Assembly: GCA_964019425.1 (NCBI GenBank)
Contig: OZ025786.1
Span: 496,001 to 560,000, forward strand
Direction: 5' to 3'
DNA: 64,000 nt
Origin: Flectonema sp. DT1601
Taxonomy: Eukaryota
The position numbers and the translations under genes are program-made. The notes below the pieces were generated by a model. That model was not told where the DNA came from. It worked only from the letters and a program-made list of their open reading frames with translations, and searched no databases. The first letter of the stretch is position 1. Each line of letters begins with the position of its first letter. Positions 50,120 to 60,919 of the stretch are shown piece by piece.

Positions 50120-50812
50120 ATGAGTGACATCAATTCAATAGAACCCAGTAATGATTGCGATCAGGTAAGTCCATGTACAGAGTGCGAGGTTTGTGGAGTC
50201 ATATCGATTGTGAATTTTGGTGATGAAGAACTGACAGATAACAAGTGCCGACAGTGTTTTGAAAGACACATCTCAAGTCGCCTACATTACATTCCATACA
50301 AAGTTGATGGAATTATAAAATGGGTATCTGAGAGACGATTAACAATTATATTAATACTCAGTTGGATTCTAGGAATTAACATCGGTATATCAATAAGCAC
50401 ACACTACAGCAGTACTTGTGAGCAACAGATTAAATGGATGGCTGTGTCTTTTTATTGTCATATCTTAGCCACGTTATTTTTGATTTCTTTTATATTTATT
50501 AAAAGGTTTTCTCGGTTGGTGTTTATGTTGCCTCCATTCGCCTGTGTTGTTTACTTTTTGCATTTCTGGTCCTTCTCGGTTCCATACACGAACTCTACTT
50601 GCACTACACTCACATATAGTAGAACAGCTACACAAGTGATGCTGGTATCTTTTGATGTTATTATCGTTATGTGGTTATTATGCTTCTGGAGAAGCTATTG
50701 GGTGAGGAAGCAAGTTGGAGAGGTAAATGAAGGGATGAGCTGCAAGACACTTTCTGTTGAGAAAGACATTGGGTTATTAGAGATGGATGATCACTCTAAC
50801 TATCTGGAATAG
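50120..50812 (+). CDS. Hypothetical ~4-TM protein with N-terminal CxxC motifs
   Basis: 230-aa ATG ORF; CTECEVC..CRQC followed by four hydrophobic segments. Confidence 0.7.
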   Translation: MSDINSIEPSNDCDQVSPCTECEVCGVISIVNFGDEELTDNKCRQCFERHISSRLHYIPYKVDGIIKWVSERRLTIILILSWILGINIGISISTHYSSTCEQQIKWMAVSFYCHILATLFLISFIFIKRFSRLVFMLPPFACVVYFLHFWSFSVPYTNSTCTTLTYSRTATQVMLVSFDVIIVMWLLCFWRSYWVRKQVGEVNEGMSCKTLSVEKDIGLLEMDDHSNYLE

Positions 50813-51058
50813 TTAACGTGAACCGTCTCTATGTTTTTATTCACTTTTATCTATACTAAAATTAATAATACTACTTAGAATAGTGTTGTCGTAACGAACA
50901 CGACGTTATCTCATTTCTCGTTCTGTTGTTTCTTTCAATTTTTGTTTGTTTGTTTGGTTTCATCTGCAAAATAGAAAACACAAAGATCTTAATATACATA
51001 ATATCTTCTTATCATCATCATCATCATCATCGTCATCATCACAGAACATTTCCAAAAA

Positions 51059-51703
51059 ATGGTATTCCGATGGTTGAAGAGATTGCTCTTACCGAAAGAC
51101 CGACCTTCACCGTTGCTGTTTTTTGTTGGATTTATGTTAAATTTTATTGTTGTCGTCGTTGTTGGTTCAGCTCTACAGGAATCTATGGTAAACGCCTACG
51201 CTGATTGTAGCAGACCAAGACAATGGTTGGGAACAACAGCAGCAATTGCTGGCGGTAATATGGTATTTATGTTCTACTTGGCGGTGGTTGTTCATAAAAG
51301 AACAACTAAGAACCCCAGCAGTCCGAGGTCATACAAAGATAAAGTTATCTTTAACATACTTCTCTATGATAATGGAGTTTATATTTACGCATTGACATCT
51401 TTATTCATGTTCTCTTGGAATACGGTTTCTGCTTCCGGCCCTTCGTATGCTGGTGGAGGTGGTGTTATATTTTCAGCTTGCGAATACTTAAACGATAAAG
51501 TGCAACTGTGTAGAGTTGTGATGTGGTTTTATCTAATTGGTGTTGTTGTTGCTTTCGCTGCTTGTTTCCTTTCTCTTCCGAGACCAGTTAAGGAAACTGC
51601 TAGGAGATCTGCGAACTTCGAACAAGCAAAAAAGAGCAACCACGACACTGACATCAGTATCCTTCACATAGAAAGCGATCATGAGATGGATGTGCTCGAA
51701 TAG
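51059..51703 (+). CDS. Hypothetical ~4-TM protein
   Basis: 214-aa ATG ORF with four hydrophobic segments and loop cysteines (DCSRPRQWL, SACEYL). Confidence 0.72.
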   Translation: MVFRWLKRLLLPKDRPSPLLFFVGFMLNFIVVVVVGSALQESMVNAYADCSRPRQWLGTTAAIAGGNMVFMFYLAVVVHKRTTKNPSSPRSYKDKVIFNILLYDNGVYIYALTSLFMFSWNTVSASGPSYAGGGGVIFSACEYLNDKVQLCRVVMWFYLIGVVVAFAACFLSLPRPVKETARRSANFEQAKKSNHDTDISILHIESDHEMDVLE

Positions 51704-52126
51704 GAGGGAGGAAACTGAAACTTTGCTATTCTTAATTGAAAAGACATTTAATACGAACAAACAAAAAAAAAAAAAAAAAAAAGAAATGAAAATAAAACAA
51801 AAATAAATAAGAAAAGATGACGCATATCATTGATACAGCAAACCTTCATAGGTCTGGTTTCGTCTTGTTTGTGGTTCAGTTTAGTTCAGGTTTTTTTTTT
51901 TTTTTTTCCCCCTTTTTAATTTTATTCTTTATTTTCATCTCCTACTACCGAAAAATACTTTATGTTATTTCAGTTATTTTGTTAGTACAGCTTCAAGGTA
52001 GTTAAGAAATATTTCTATTTTTAATTATTACGGTAGAAACTGTTTGTAATTATTATTACAATTCCAGGTGGGGAAAGGATATCAAAAAAAAAAAAAAAAA
52101 AAAAAAGAAAAGAAATTTTAAATACA

Positions 52127-53515
52127 ATGTCAGGATGGTTAACAGTTGAAATCCTCCAGGGAAAGGACATCGAACTAACGAACTTACTCAGAGGCGGTAA
52201 GAGCTTCATTGGAGTACAATGTCCTATGGTAGCAGGAGAGGGTAAGGGATCTTTTGAAACCCCAAAGATGAAGGGAAAGAATCCGTACTACGCAACCAAA
52301 GAAGTTATGCAAACGAAAAAAGAAGATGGTGAGATTACAATTGAACTGAGAGAAGACGCCTTGATTGGATCAGAATTAAAAGGCTCGCACAAGATAAACG
52401 TATCACGTAAAGGTGACGGATTATCAGGATCTACGTGGTTTAATCTCGGGAAGGGAACTGTTTTTGTTAAATGGAATTCAAGTTTTTCACCAGTCGGAAA
52501 CTTATTCGCATCAACAGCAGAAGTAATTCCACCTCCTCCTCCACAAACAGACTTTGCAATGGGTCTTTTACAGGCAGAAATAGGAAGAGTATCAGGACAC
52601 GGCTATAATCTCCTTCTTCCATATTGGTGGTTAAATGAACGTTGGACTTGGTCAACACCTTACGAAAGTATGTTCGTGTTGTTACTTGGTTCGTTGGTGT
52701 TTTATTATAATGTTTTTCATTGGGCTTTTCCATTATTCTTATTTCTCTGTCTAATGAAAAGTTACTACATCAGAGTTCGTTATGGACCAGCTCAAGAGGA
52801 GATTGCAGCCTTAGGATTCCTAGACAGCGTTGGATGGGTAAATGAAACTCTGCAGGTAACTCAGACCTCATTAACTCAAACTAATGATACATTAGATTCG
52901 GTATCAGCTCTGTTTACTTGGGAGAATCAACCTGTCTCAAAGATACTCACCTTTACAATGTTGGGATGTTTATTAGCTCACTTCGTTGGTTTATTCCCAA
53001 GTTGGAATTATATATTTCTACTTATTTGGGTTTACCTTTTTACTTACTTTCCATTGTCAGTGTATGCCCCACAGCTGTACACAGCGCTGTTGCCTCAGAA
53101 CTTTATCTTCTCTGTTGTTAAGTTGTTCGTAAAGCCAAAAGGATTCACAACAGAGATTACTACTGATGATGTTCTTCCTATTAGAGCTGTTTGTATTCCT
53201 ACGCAGGATGAAGTTGGTGGGTCAGTTAAATTTAAAATCATGACTACCTTTACTGATGGACGTCCGCCAGCTGAAGTTAGACATAGGTACTCTGAATTTG
53301 ATTTCTTAAAACAGAGATTGGCTCTCACTGATCCAACACTTGTTGTGAAAGGATTCCCAGGTAAGACTGCTTTCAAAGTCAAAGGAGAAGCTTTAAATGC
53401 TCGTCGAAGGGATCTTGAGCTTTGGCTTAACCAAACAGTTGTCAAATCGAACACTTCGAGGGGAGCTCCGTTAAGGTCACCGATATTTGCATTTCTGACT
53501 TCAGCATCTGCTTAA
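52127..53515 (+). CDS. C2 domain + MCTP-like membrane region + C-terminal PX domain protein
   Basis: C2-like GWLTVEILQGKDI..NPYY..ITIELRE..IG..G..WFNL; hydrophobic region with WTWSTPYES and LFTWENQPVS; PX motif VRHRYSEFDFLKQRL..FPGK..LNARRRDLELWL. Confidence 0.72.
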   Translation: MSGWLTVEILQGKDIELTNLLRGGKSFIGVQCPMVAGEGKGSFETPKMKGKNPYYATKEVMQTKKEDGEITIELREDALIGSELKGSHKINVSRKGDGLSGSTWFNLGKGTVFVKWNSSFSPVGNLFASTAEVIPPPPPQTDFAMGLLQAEIGRVSGHGYNLLLPYWWLNERWTWSTPYESMFVLLLGSLVFYYNVFHWAFPLFLFLCLMKSYYIRVRYGPAQEEIAALGFLDSVGWVNETLQVTQTSLTQTNDTLDSVSALFTWENQPVSKILTFTMLGCLLAHFVGLFPSWNYIFLLIWVYLFTYFPLSVYAPQLYTALLPQNFIFSVVKLFVKPKGFTTEITTDDVLPIRAVCIPTQDEVGGSVKFKIMTTFTDGRPPAEVRHRYSEFDFLKQRLALTDPTLVVKGFPGKTAFKVKGEALNARRRDLELWLNQTVVKSNTSRGAPLRSPIFAFLTSASA

Positions 53516-54018
53516 ATAGTTCCTCCGACTTCAACTATTGAGAGAGCTGCTGGTTAGTCGACAGTCGATTGATTACAATTTATGTGTCTGAATTAATAAT
53601 TCCTGATGACAGACACCATTGTGTGGAGTGTGCTTCTTTTAATCGTTTATTTTGTCTCGTCCTTCACTCAGGTTTCATCGTTCGGTTTGTATTTCAATAT
53701 GACGTTGTCAGAATAGCGCACAGATTCTCATCTTACTACGTAAAACGTATGCTTCCTGCAGATGTCTGTACTCGCTAGGCTGGATAAGGTCATGAATCGC
53801 ACACTATTCCTACAACGTCTTTTTTCGTTTTATGAAATTAATCAAAAAAAAAAAAAAAAATGATAAGAAATGAAGTTATGGTACTTCTTCGTCTTATTTA
53901 TTATTGTTTTTTTTTTTTTTTTTCTTTTTCGGAGAACCAGTGCCAGAAAAAAAAAAAAAAGAGTTATATTTTTTATTACCACCTCTACTATTCGTTCTTT
54001 AAGTCTGTTCACACCAAC

Positions 54019-55163
54019 ATGAATACACTCGCAGTGGGGGTTCGGTTTCTAGACTTGGATACTCAATTCGTTGATGTGTCCCCACAAACTCGTGTGGAAG
54101 ATATAAAAAAAGAAGTCTGCAATGAAATGATGGCAAAAATTTCATATTTTATTGTGACTCTGTCTGGGAATGAATTACAAGACAGATTGCTGTTATGCGA
54201 CGAGGGAATTGACGAAAACACAGTTCTCGAAATTGAACTATCACGACAAGGAATAGGTATTCAATTAATTGGAAGAGAAACAACACAACAAGAACTTATT
54301 AAGTTGGTATCTGAAGAAGATAATTGTGAAGAACTCAACAGTATTCAATCATTCATAGATGCTGGTAACTTAAATGTAAATCAACTGTCTGCTGGATTCG
54401 CTCCAATTCATTACGCAGTTCAAAGAAACCATTTACATGCAATAAACGTTCTCTCAACAGTACGAGATTTTGATATCAATAAACAAGGTGATGATTATAT
54501 CACACCACTTTGTGTTGCTTGTAGAAGTGGTAATATTGACACTGTTAAAGCTATTCTTTCAATCAAGGGAGTGTCAGTTTCAACATCAAATTCTTACGGT
54601 ATGTTCTGGTTGTTACATAATTATTATGATTTGACTATAAAAACAAAACTTACGAAAAAAAAAAAAAAAAAACAGACTGGTCACCCCTACACATTGCGTG
54701 TGAAATGGGATACACTGCAGTCGTAAAACTTTTATTAGAAATGACTGACGTTGATGTTAATGATAAAGTTCCACTACTTGTCGCAGTTGGTAACAATGCA
54801 ATGGATATTGTAACTACCTTGTTATCACACGGAAGTATTAATGCCGACAAAGCCTACGGTGGTCATACTCCACTATTTGATGCTTGTAAAAAAGGATACA
54901 TCGATATCGTGAAACAGCTTTTGGGTCATCGAACCACAAGTGTTAACCGAAAATTATTTTCAAGATCGCTTCTTGCTTGTGCGAGTTCCAGAGGTCACTT
55001 AGATATAGTGGAACATCTCTTGTCGTTTCCGGAATTGCGTATTGACGAGGCTGGAATAAGATTCATTGACCCTGCGTTAATGGCTGAGCAGAAAGGCTTC
55101 AAAGTAATCGCTCGCATTATAGAAGAGTCACGTCAATACAAAGAAGCACTAGCTCGTGTATGA
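54019..55163 (+). CDS. Ubiquitin-like N-terminal domain + ankyrin repeat protein
   Basis: ATG at 54019 is my preferred start. Ubl-like FVDVSPQTRVEDIKK..LSGNELQD..L.DEGI..NTVLEI; ankyrins APIHYA, TPLCVAC, SPLHIAC, TPLFDAC. Intron 54599-54675. Confidence 0.82.
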
Positions 55164-55983
55164 TTACATTTATGCGAGTGTCCCCCTCCAGCCATAACGA
55201 TAAAGACAAAAATATTTGATATTAATTTTGTTTTTAATGCCTAAAGTTATTACTGTTTTTTTACATAGTCAAATTTCACCCTCCCTAGCCAATTTTTTTT
55301 TTAAAAAGAATTTATTTTATTTATTGACAAGTATTAGTAATTAATGAACCTACACTCTGCCGTATTATATTTTACCTGTGGTTTAATTGAAAAATCAATT
55401 CTGAACTGCATTGAATGACAACACGGAAAAAGTGATGTGTATCCTCTACGTCATCTGCAGAGTGTTTACCTATACTAACATTACCTTTAGTCAATTGTAG
55501 CATAGCTATTGTTTTATTCTTCGTAGATGCATTCAAGCATTTTAACCCCCTAGCCATATTCATTTCTTGTTAAGAAAAACAAGCAAAAGCAAACGCCTGA
55601 TTAATTTCTGAGGTCTGTTTATATAAAAAAAAAAATGTGTGTTTTTTTTCTTTATTAAAATTTCTTATTATATCGTGTTTAAATAACAATGTGTCATAAT
55701 CTACACTCTTGCTCAGTCGGCAGAAATGCTGTTCTGTTATTATTTTTCTCCTAGCCAAATTAGTATGCAGCCACCTATAACTTTCGATTGTGGGTTGCTT
55801 TTTTTTTTTTTTTTTTTTTTTGTACCACAAAACCTATGTACTACGGTAGAAAGAGAATTGTGGCATAATAACTTACCCATTCCTTTATTAGGATTTTGTA
55901 CCTTTTCGGTTGTATTCTGAGGTAGAAGACCTTTTTTTTTAATATAAACATCCGTTTCAATCAGAACAGTAATTTATTTTATA

Positions 55984-56715
55984 ATGACGATAGGACGTAA
56001 ACTAACAGTCTGTCTAATTGGAACAACAGGAGGCTTAAGCGTATGGCAAGCTAATCGTTATATTTGGAAGGATGAAATGATACGAAACAGAGTTAAGATG
56101 ATGAACGAACCTCCGGTAGAACTTCCAACAAAAAGACCAGAAGATATCCTCAGAATTCAATGCTCTGGCACAATGCTAAATGACGGTTATATTTTAGTCG
56201 GTCCCAGACCTCGTATACTAACTGAAGCAGGAGAAATACCAGACGGTAATACAGTCTACTGTGTTTGTGTACCAATGTTAACAAATAAAAGTGAACTTGT
56301 CTGGATAAACAGAGGACAAATACTAGTCAATGATACGGCATCAGTCCCAGATAGACTTAACGCCTGGCCATCAACATGTACTGTTACAGGTGTTATTAGG
56401 GAACCGCCAAAGGATGTTGAACAAAGGAATTCTGGAAATAAATTTCGTCGAGCATACGTAAAAGAGATGTGGGATTATTACTGTTCTGAGATTGGAGGAG
56501 CCCCTAAAGGAGTACCACTACGTCCGTATATTGTTGATATGACTTGTTTTAATACATTTAACGGTCATGATAAACCGACGTATCCATTGATGAGAGCGGA
56601 CAATGACTTTATTGAACACACAATAGCTCCATTCACTCATCTTAGTTATTGCGCTACCTGGACTGGGGCATTCATGTTTGGGTTGTATTACTTGTCTTCT
56701 ACTAAAAGTTATTAA
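55984..56715 (+). CDS. SURF1: SURF1/Shy1-family cytochrome c oxidase assembly protein
   Basis: GLSVWQANRYIWK, LVGPRP, VWINRG, VTGVIR, HLSYCATW. Confidence 0.88.
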   Translation: MTIGRKLTVCLIGTTGGLSVWQANRYIWKDEMIRNRVKMMNEPPVELPTKRPEDILRIQCSGTMLNDGYILVGPRPRILTEAGEIPDGNTVYCVCVPMLTNKSELVWINRGQILVNDTASVPDRLNAWPSTCTVTGVIREPPKDVEQRNSGNKFRRAYVKEMWDYYCSEIGGAPKGVPLRPYIVDMTCFNTFNGHDKPTYPLMRADNDFIEHTIAPFTHLSYCATWTGAFMFGLYYLSSTKSY

Positions 56716-56948
56716 ATTGTATCAAAATGTTAACATCAAAGAATCGAGTCTCGAGCTTGTGAACCATCAGGACGCATAGCATATTCGATATTTTAATTAG
56801 CAATTTGTGTTTTAAGAAGTCGACTGACAGAAGACACAAAGAATTGCGCATGCCTTCGAAAAGTTTTTTTTTAATTTTTTTTTTTTTTATTGATTATAAT
56901 TATCATTTTTCAATTAACTGTTATATTCCTATTAGGTCGTCAGTTCAA

Positions 56949-59900
56949 ATGGCGACACTCGATATTGACACCGACAGCGAAGGGGAAGTCAGCGTTGATG
57001 ATTCGTCTTCCAGCTGTGATGAATCTTCATCAGAAGTAGAAGTAGAACTCTGTCCCTATTCAACTGTCGTAGAGTGCATTGCAAGAAAACAACAACTCAT
57101 ACAACAACAGCAACAGATAAAGAGACAAGTTGAGCTTCCAGGTGACACCCCTTTACTGATTATTGAAAGAATGAAATGTCAACTCGAGCAGGTTGAAGAA
57201 GATGTTGTGAAGCACTCAAAGTGGCAGGTGGAGCTTCAGCGAGATAAATATTTAGGCATTAGACGTCAACTTCCAATTTGGAAAAAGAAAGATGAGATCG
57301 TCGAAGCGATTGACTCCAACAGAGTAGTTCTAATCACGGGAGCTACTGGTTCTGGAAAATCAACACAAGTTCCTCAATTTATATTCGACAGGAGTAATAG
57401 TTCTCATTATCGAAAACCAGTATTAGTCGCGATGACCAGAAGAATCGCAACAACATCAGTCGCTGCTCGTGTTGCTCTCGAACGCGGAGAACTACTTGGA
57501 AAGAGTGTTGGATTTACGATAAGTGGATGCAATGCTTGTACGAAAAAAACAAATTTACACTTTGTCACAACCGGAGTACTTCTTGCAATGCTGACTTCAG
57601 GGGATTCCCTGCGAAAGTACAGCTGTCTTGTGATGGATGAAGTCCACGAAAGAAGCTTAGACATAGACATCTCTCTCTCTATAATAAAGAAGATAATGGA
57701 AAAGAGAAATACTCGAATCAAACTAGTTGTGATGTCAGCAACTATGGGTTCATTCAGAAGGGATATTCAAGAATACTTCAGAGATTACAATACCAATCCT
57801 ATACCAGTTGTGTCAACAGCAACATCATCAAACTACTCAATTAATTATATCGAAGATATTATTTTATCACCTGAACTTCACAACAAGACAGCTGATCAGT
57901 TGGATTCTCTTCAACGAACAGTAGTTCGAAAACCTCGTCGAACGCGACTAACTTCAGAACGACTCGAATATGCAGCGATGCTTATTAAAGAGCTTCACGT
58001 TAAAATATTACAACCCGACAGTAACATTTTAGTATTTCTGCCAGGACTTGGCGACATAACCGACCTGTTTAGTAAATTACAAAAAACTATTAACATAGAA
58101 ACAGCACAACTGTTATGTCTTCACAGCACTGTCAGTGTTGAAGAACAGAATAGAATTTTTCATGAGCATGGTGGGAAGCGAATGATTGTTCTTTCAACAA
58201 ACATAGCAGAGTCAGCTCTAACAGTAAAACAATTAGGAGTAGTTATAGATTTCTGTCTTCATAAGGAAACAGCACATAACTCATCGACTAACACGACATG
58301 TTTAGAGTTGAGGTGGATATCAAAGGCTATGTCTGTTCAACGTGCAGGTCGTTGTGGACGTTCTTTCGCAGGAGCAGTTTTCAGAATGATAAGTAAACAT
58401 GAATATGAACTTCTTCAGGATGCATCAGAACCTGAAATCTTATCCGCGTCTCTTCAAAGTACGTGTCTTCGAGTATTGAATATGAGATGGTTGCCTTCTT
58501 GTGATGTGTCAGACTTCTTATCAAACTTAGTCACTCCTCCTCTTTCTGAGTCAGCAACCATCGCTTCTCTGAATGATTTGGTTTCATTGAAGTGTATTGA
58601 AAAAGTTAAGGTTGAAGGATCCGCATCCTACCATCGAATAACATATCTTGGAAAAATAGCATGTCTGTTCCCTGTTGATGTCCACTCAGCTTTATTAATA
58701 ATAAACGGATACCTCACTGGTTGTTTTACTGATTGTTTAGTTATTGCTGCTTCACTCAGTAGAGGGAGAGCTATTGTTATTAATCCTTTTAGACAACCAG
58801 TCTTAGGAGGGATGCTTTCTCTTTCATATGCTGGTCCTTGTTTATCTGATGAGATTATGACCGTTAATGCTTATCAGTTTTGGTTGCAAAGACGAGATCC
58901 GTCTTTGTCAGCAGATGAAGAGAGGGATTGGTGTTTATCAAAAGGACTATCTCTACCTGCTTTAAGAGAAGTTCATGATTGTGTTCTTCAATACCGGATT
59001 TGTGCTTCGAAAATTGGAATGTGTGAAGCTCCTCTGCATGCAGAACGAGGTCGAAAAATGGAAGATAAACTGCGAAGCATCGAATTGCTTGCAGCATCCG
59101 ATGTCGATGAAACAGCGTCCCTGGCACTCGCTGTAGACCCGTCTCTACTAAAAAGTAGTTCTGAGGTTTCAAAATTATTGTTCGCTGAAATGACACTTGG
59201 GGCTATGGATCGCAGGGAAAAATTAAAAACTAGTTCAAGCTCGATAAAAAAACAACAAAATCTACGAAAACTTGAATCTGCCTACACCGCATCAGACGCC
59301 CTTCTGGTGTCCTGGCTTCTTGATGACGCTATACGTGAGACGGAACCGTATCATTTACCTGCAACTCAACAGTTTACCGTCACGTGTGCAGTTATTCAAT
59401 CGTTTTTAAACTTTTCATTTAGCGTTGGACACGCTCCGTTTGAAGGAAGGCTTCCTGTTAGTGAAGTTAAAAAAGGAGATATAAAAAGCTTTTATATCGA
59501 CATTGAATTATCACAACCAATATCTTGTAGCCCGAGTGAAAGTCAAATGTTGGGAACTAAAAGTGTTGATGTTGAGAAACTTCGTAAGAAAATCGAAGAT
59601 CAAATCTTAAGTATTAGAGACGTGCACAATAAGAGTGAACAGATTCTTCCACGAAAACTAAAAGGAGAGCCTACTATACCCGCGAGATCACTCGTTTTCA
59701 GACCAGACATTAAGAAAGTTGAATTGTACTTGCGATCATCAGCAGTGGGATCTGACACCACTGAGGGTTGGTTCTGCCAAGCACATTATCATAAAACTTA
59801 TGTTTTGAGAATAGCCAGCAGACTTCTTGATAGAAAGATCACCATCCCAAGAGAGTTTAAAGTTAAGAACCCAATTCAGAAGGCAACCAGATCCAGAGAT

Positions 59901-60764
59901 GGAAAACTACAACTTCCTGGTAAACGAATTCATCAGAATTTATTATCTAACGTCGTTGCTATTTCTAAAGTGTCCCTCCATGAGGATATTGCAGCTGGAG
60001 CTGTTTATCATTATAAAAGGGGAAAGAGAAAGTTGGTAACCCCACGACCGACATCAATTTGCTTTCCATTGTTATTACCAAATAAGAACCACGTTGGAAT
60101 TGGTGTAGGGACTCGTTTATCAGGAGGTAAAAGACTTCGATTAGACTCTGGAACAGTTCTTATAACATGTCCTGGAGGACCAGAATTAATTGCTCTACTA
60201 ACTGATGTCAGTATTGATATTTCAACTGTTGACGTTGGAGAAGAGATTAGTACTTTGTGCTACAACAGTGTTCGTAATAATGCAACAAAACGGATTCAAG
60301 TCGCGGTACCAAATGATCTCCTTCGAAGTGTTGCTAACATACGCGAGATAGCATCACTAAAGATGGAAACACTTCATAAAGGATACGTTACTCACATTAA
60401 AAACCTTCATGCTAAAAGTCGTGCCCGCAGTGATAAGATTCCTGAATTCGATGAGAGTCGAATTGTCCCAAATACTTTAGCAAATCCGTTGTTGGAATTT
60501 TCAAATATCGAACTCGGAACAACCTCTGCTGACGTTGAAATGGAAGCACCAGAGGAGTCTGATGAGACACAAAATGCTGATCAGGATGGAGGAATTATTA
60601 CTCTCCCAGGGTCTGCAATAAAAAATAGAACTGACGATGAGGAGATTTCTGAAATGCAGCGACTGGCTTTTGAGAAACTCTGCAACGCCTGTGAACCCAA
60701 CTCGAGGAGTATTGATTTACCAAATAAATATCAGACCTTAGCATCACTGCAATCAGTCAGTTAG
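56949..60764 (+). CDS. DEAH/RHA-family RNA helicase, TDRD9/Spindle-E-like
   Basis: GATGSGKSTQVPQFI, DEVHER, MSAT, LVFLPGL, LHS, STNIAESALTV, VIDFCL, QRAGRCGR, HA2 region. ATG at 56949 is my preferred start. Confidence 0.85.
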   Translation: MATLDIDTDSEGEVSVDDSSSSCDESSSEVEVELCPYSTVVECIARKQQLIQQQQQIKRQVELPGDTPLLIIERMKCQLEQVEEDVVKHSKWQVELQRDKYLGIRRQLPIWKKKDEIVEAIDSNRVVLITGATGSGKSTQVPQFIFDRSNSSHYRKPVLVAMTRRIATTSVAARVALERGELLGKSVGFTISGCNACTKKTNLHFVTTGVLLAMLTSGDSLRKYSCLVMDEVHERSLDIDISLSIIKKIMEKRNTRIKLVVMSATMGSFRRDIQEYFRDYNTNPIPVVSTATSSNYSINYIEDIILSPELHNKTADQLDSLQRTVVRKPRRTRLTSERLEYAAMLIKELHVKILQPDSNILVFLPGLGDITDLFSKLQKTINIETAQLLCLHSTVSVEEQNRIFHEHGGKRMIVLSTNIAESALTVKQLGVVIDFCLHKETAHNSSTNTTCLELRWISKAMSVQRAGRCGRSFAGAVFRMISKHEYELLQDASEPEILSASLQSTCLRVLNMRWLPSCDVSDFLSNLVTPPLSESATIASLNDLVSLKCIEKVKVEGSASYHRITYLGKIACLFPVDVHSALLIINGYLTGCFTDCLVIAASLSRGRAIVINPFRQPVLGGMLSLSYAGPCLSDEIMTVNAYQFWLQRRDPSLSADEERDWCLSKGLSLPALREVHDCVLQYRICASKIGMCEAPLHAERGRKMEDKLRSIELLAASDVDETASLALAVDPSLLKSSSEVSKLLFAEMTLGAMDRREKLKTSSSSIKKQQNLRKLESAYTASDALLVSWLLDDAIRETEPYHLPATQQFTVTCAVIQSFLNFSFSVGHAPFEGRLPVSEVKKGDIKSFYIDIELSQPISCSPSESQMLGTKSVDVEKLRKKIEDQILSIRDVHNKSEQILPRKLKGEPTIPARSLVFRPDIKKVELYLRSSAVGSDTTEGWFCQAHYHKTYVLRIASRLLDRKITIPREFKVKNPIQKATRSRDGKLQLPGKRIHQNLLSNVVAISKVSLHEDIAAGAVYHYKRGKRKLVTPRPTSICFPLLLPNKNHVGIGVGTRLSGGKRLRLDSGTVLITCPGGPELIALLTDVSIDISTVDVGEEISTLCYNSVRNNATKRIQVAVPNDLLRSVANIREIASLKMETLHKGYVTHIKNLHAKSRARSDKIPEFDESRIVPNTLANPLLEFSNIELGTTSADVEMEAPEESDETQNADQDGGIITLPGSAIKNRTDDEEISEMQRLAFEKLCNACEPNSRSIDLPNKYQTLASLQSVS

Positions 60765-60919
60765 TTATGTTATCTTATTGAGATCGTTGTATTCTCTCTT
60801 TTAATCTTCTCAGGAAGTGACTACCCAGAGAGCTACTAATCGCTCCGTTCTCTTTTTCAGCTTGAATGTTTTTTTTTTTTAAATAATTATTTCCCCTTCC
60901 ACAGATACTTCACTACAAT

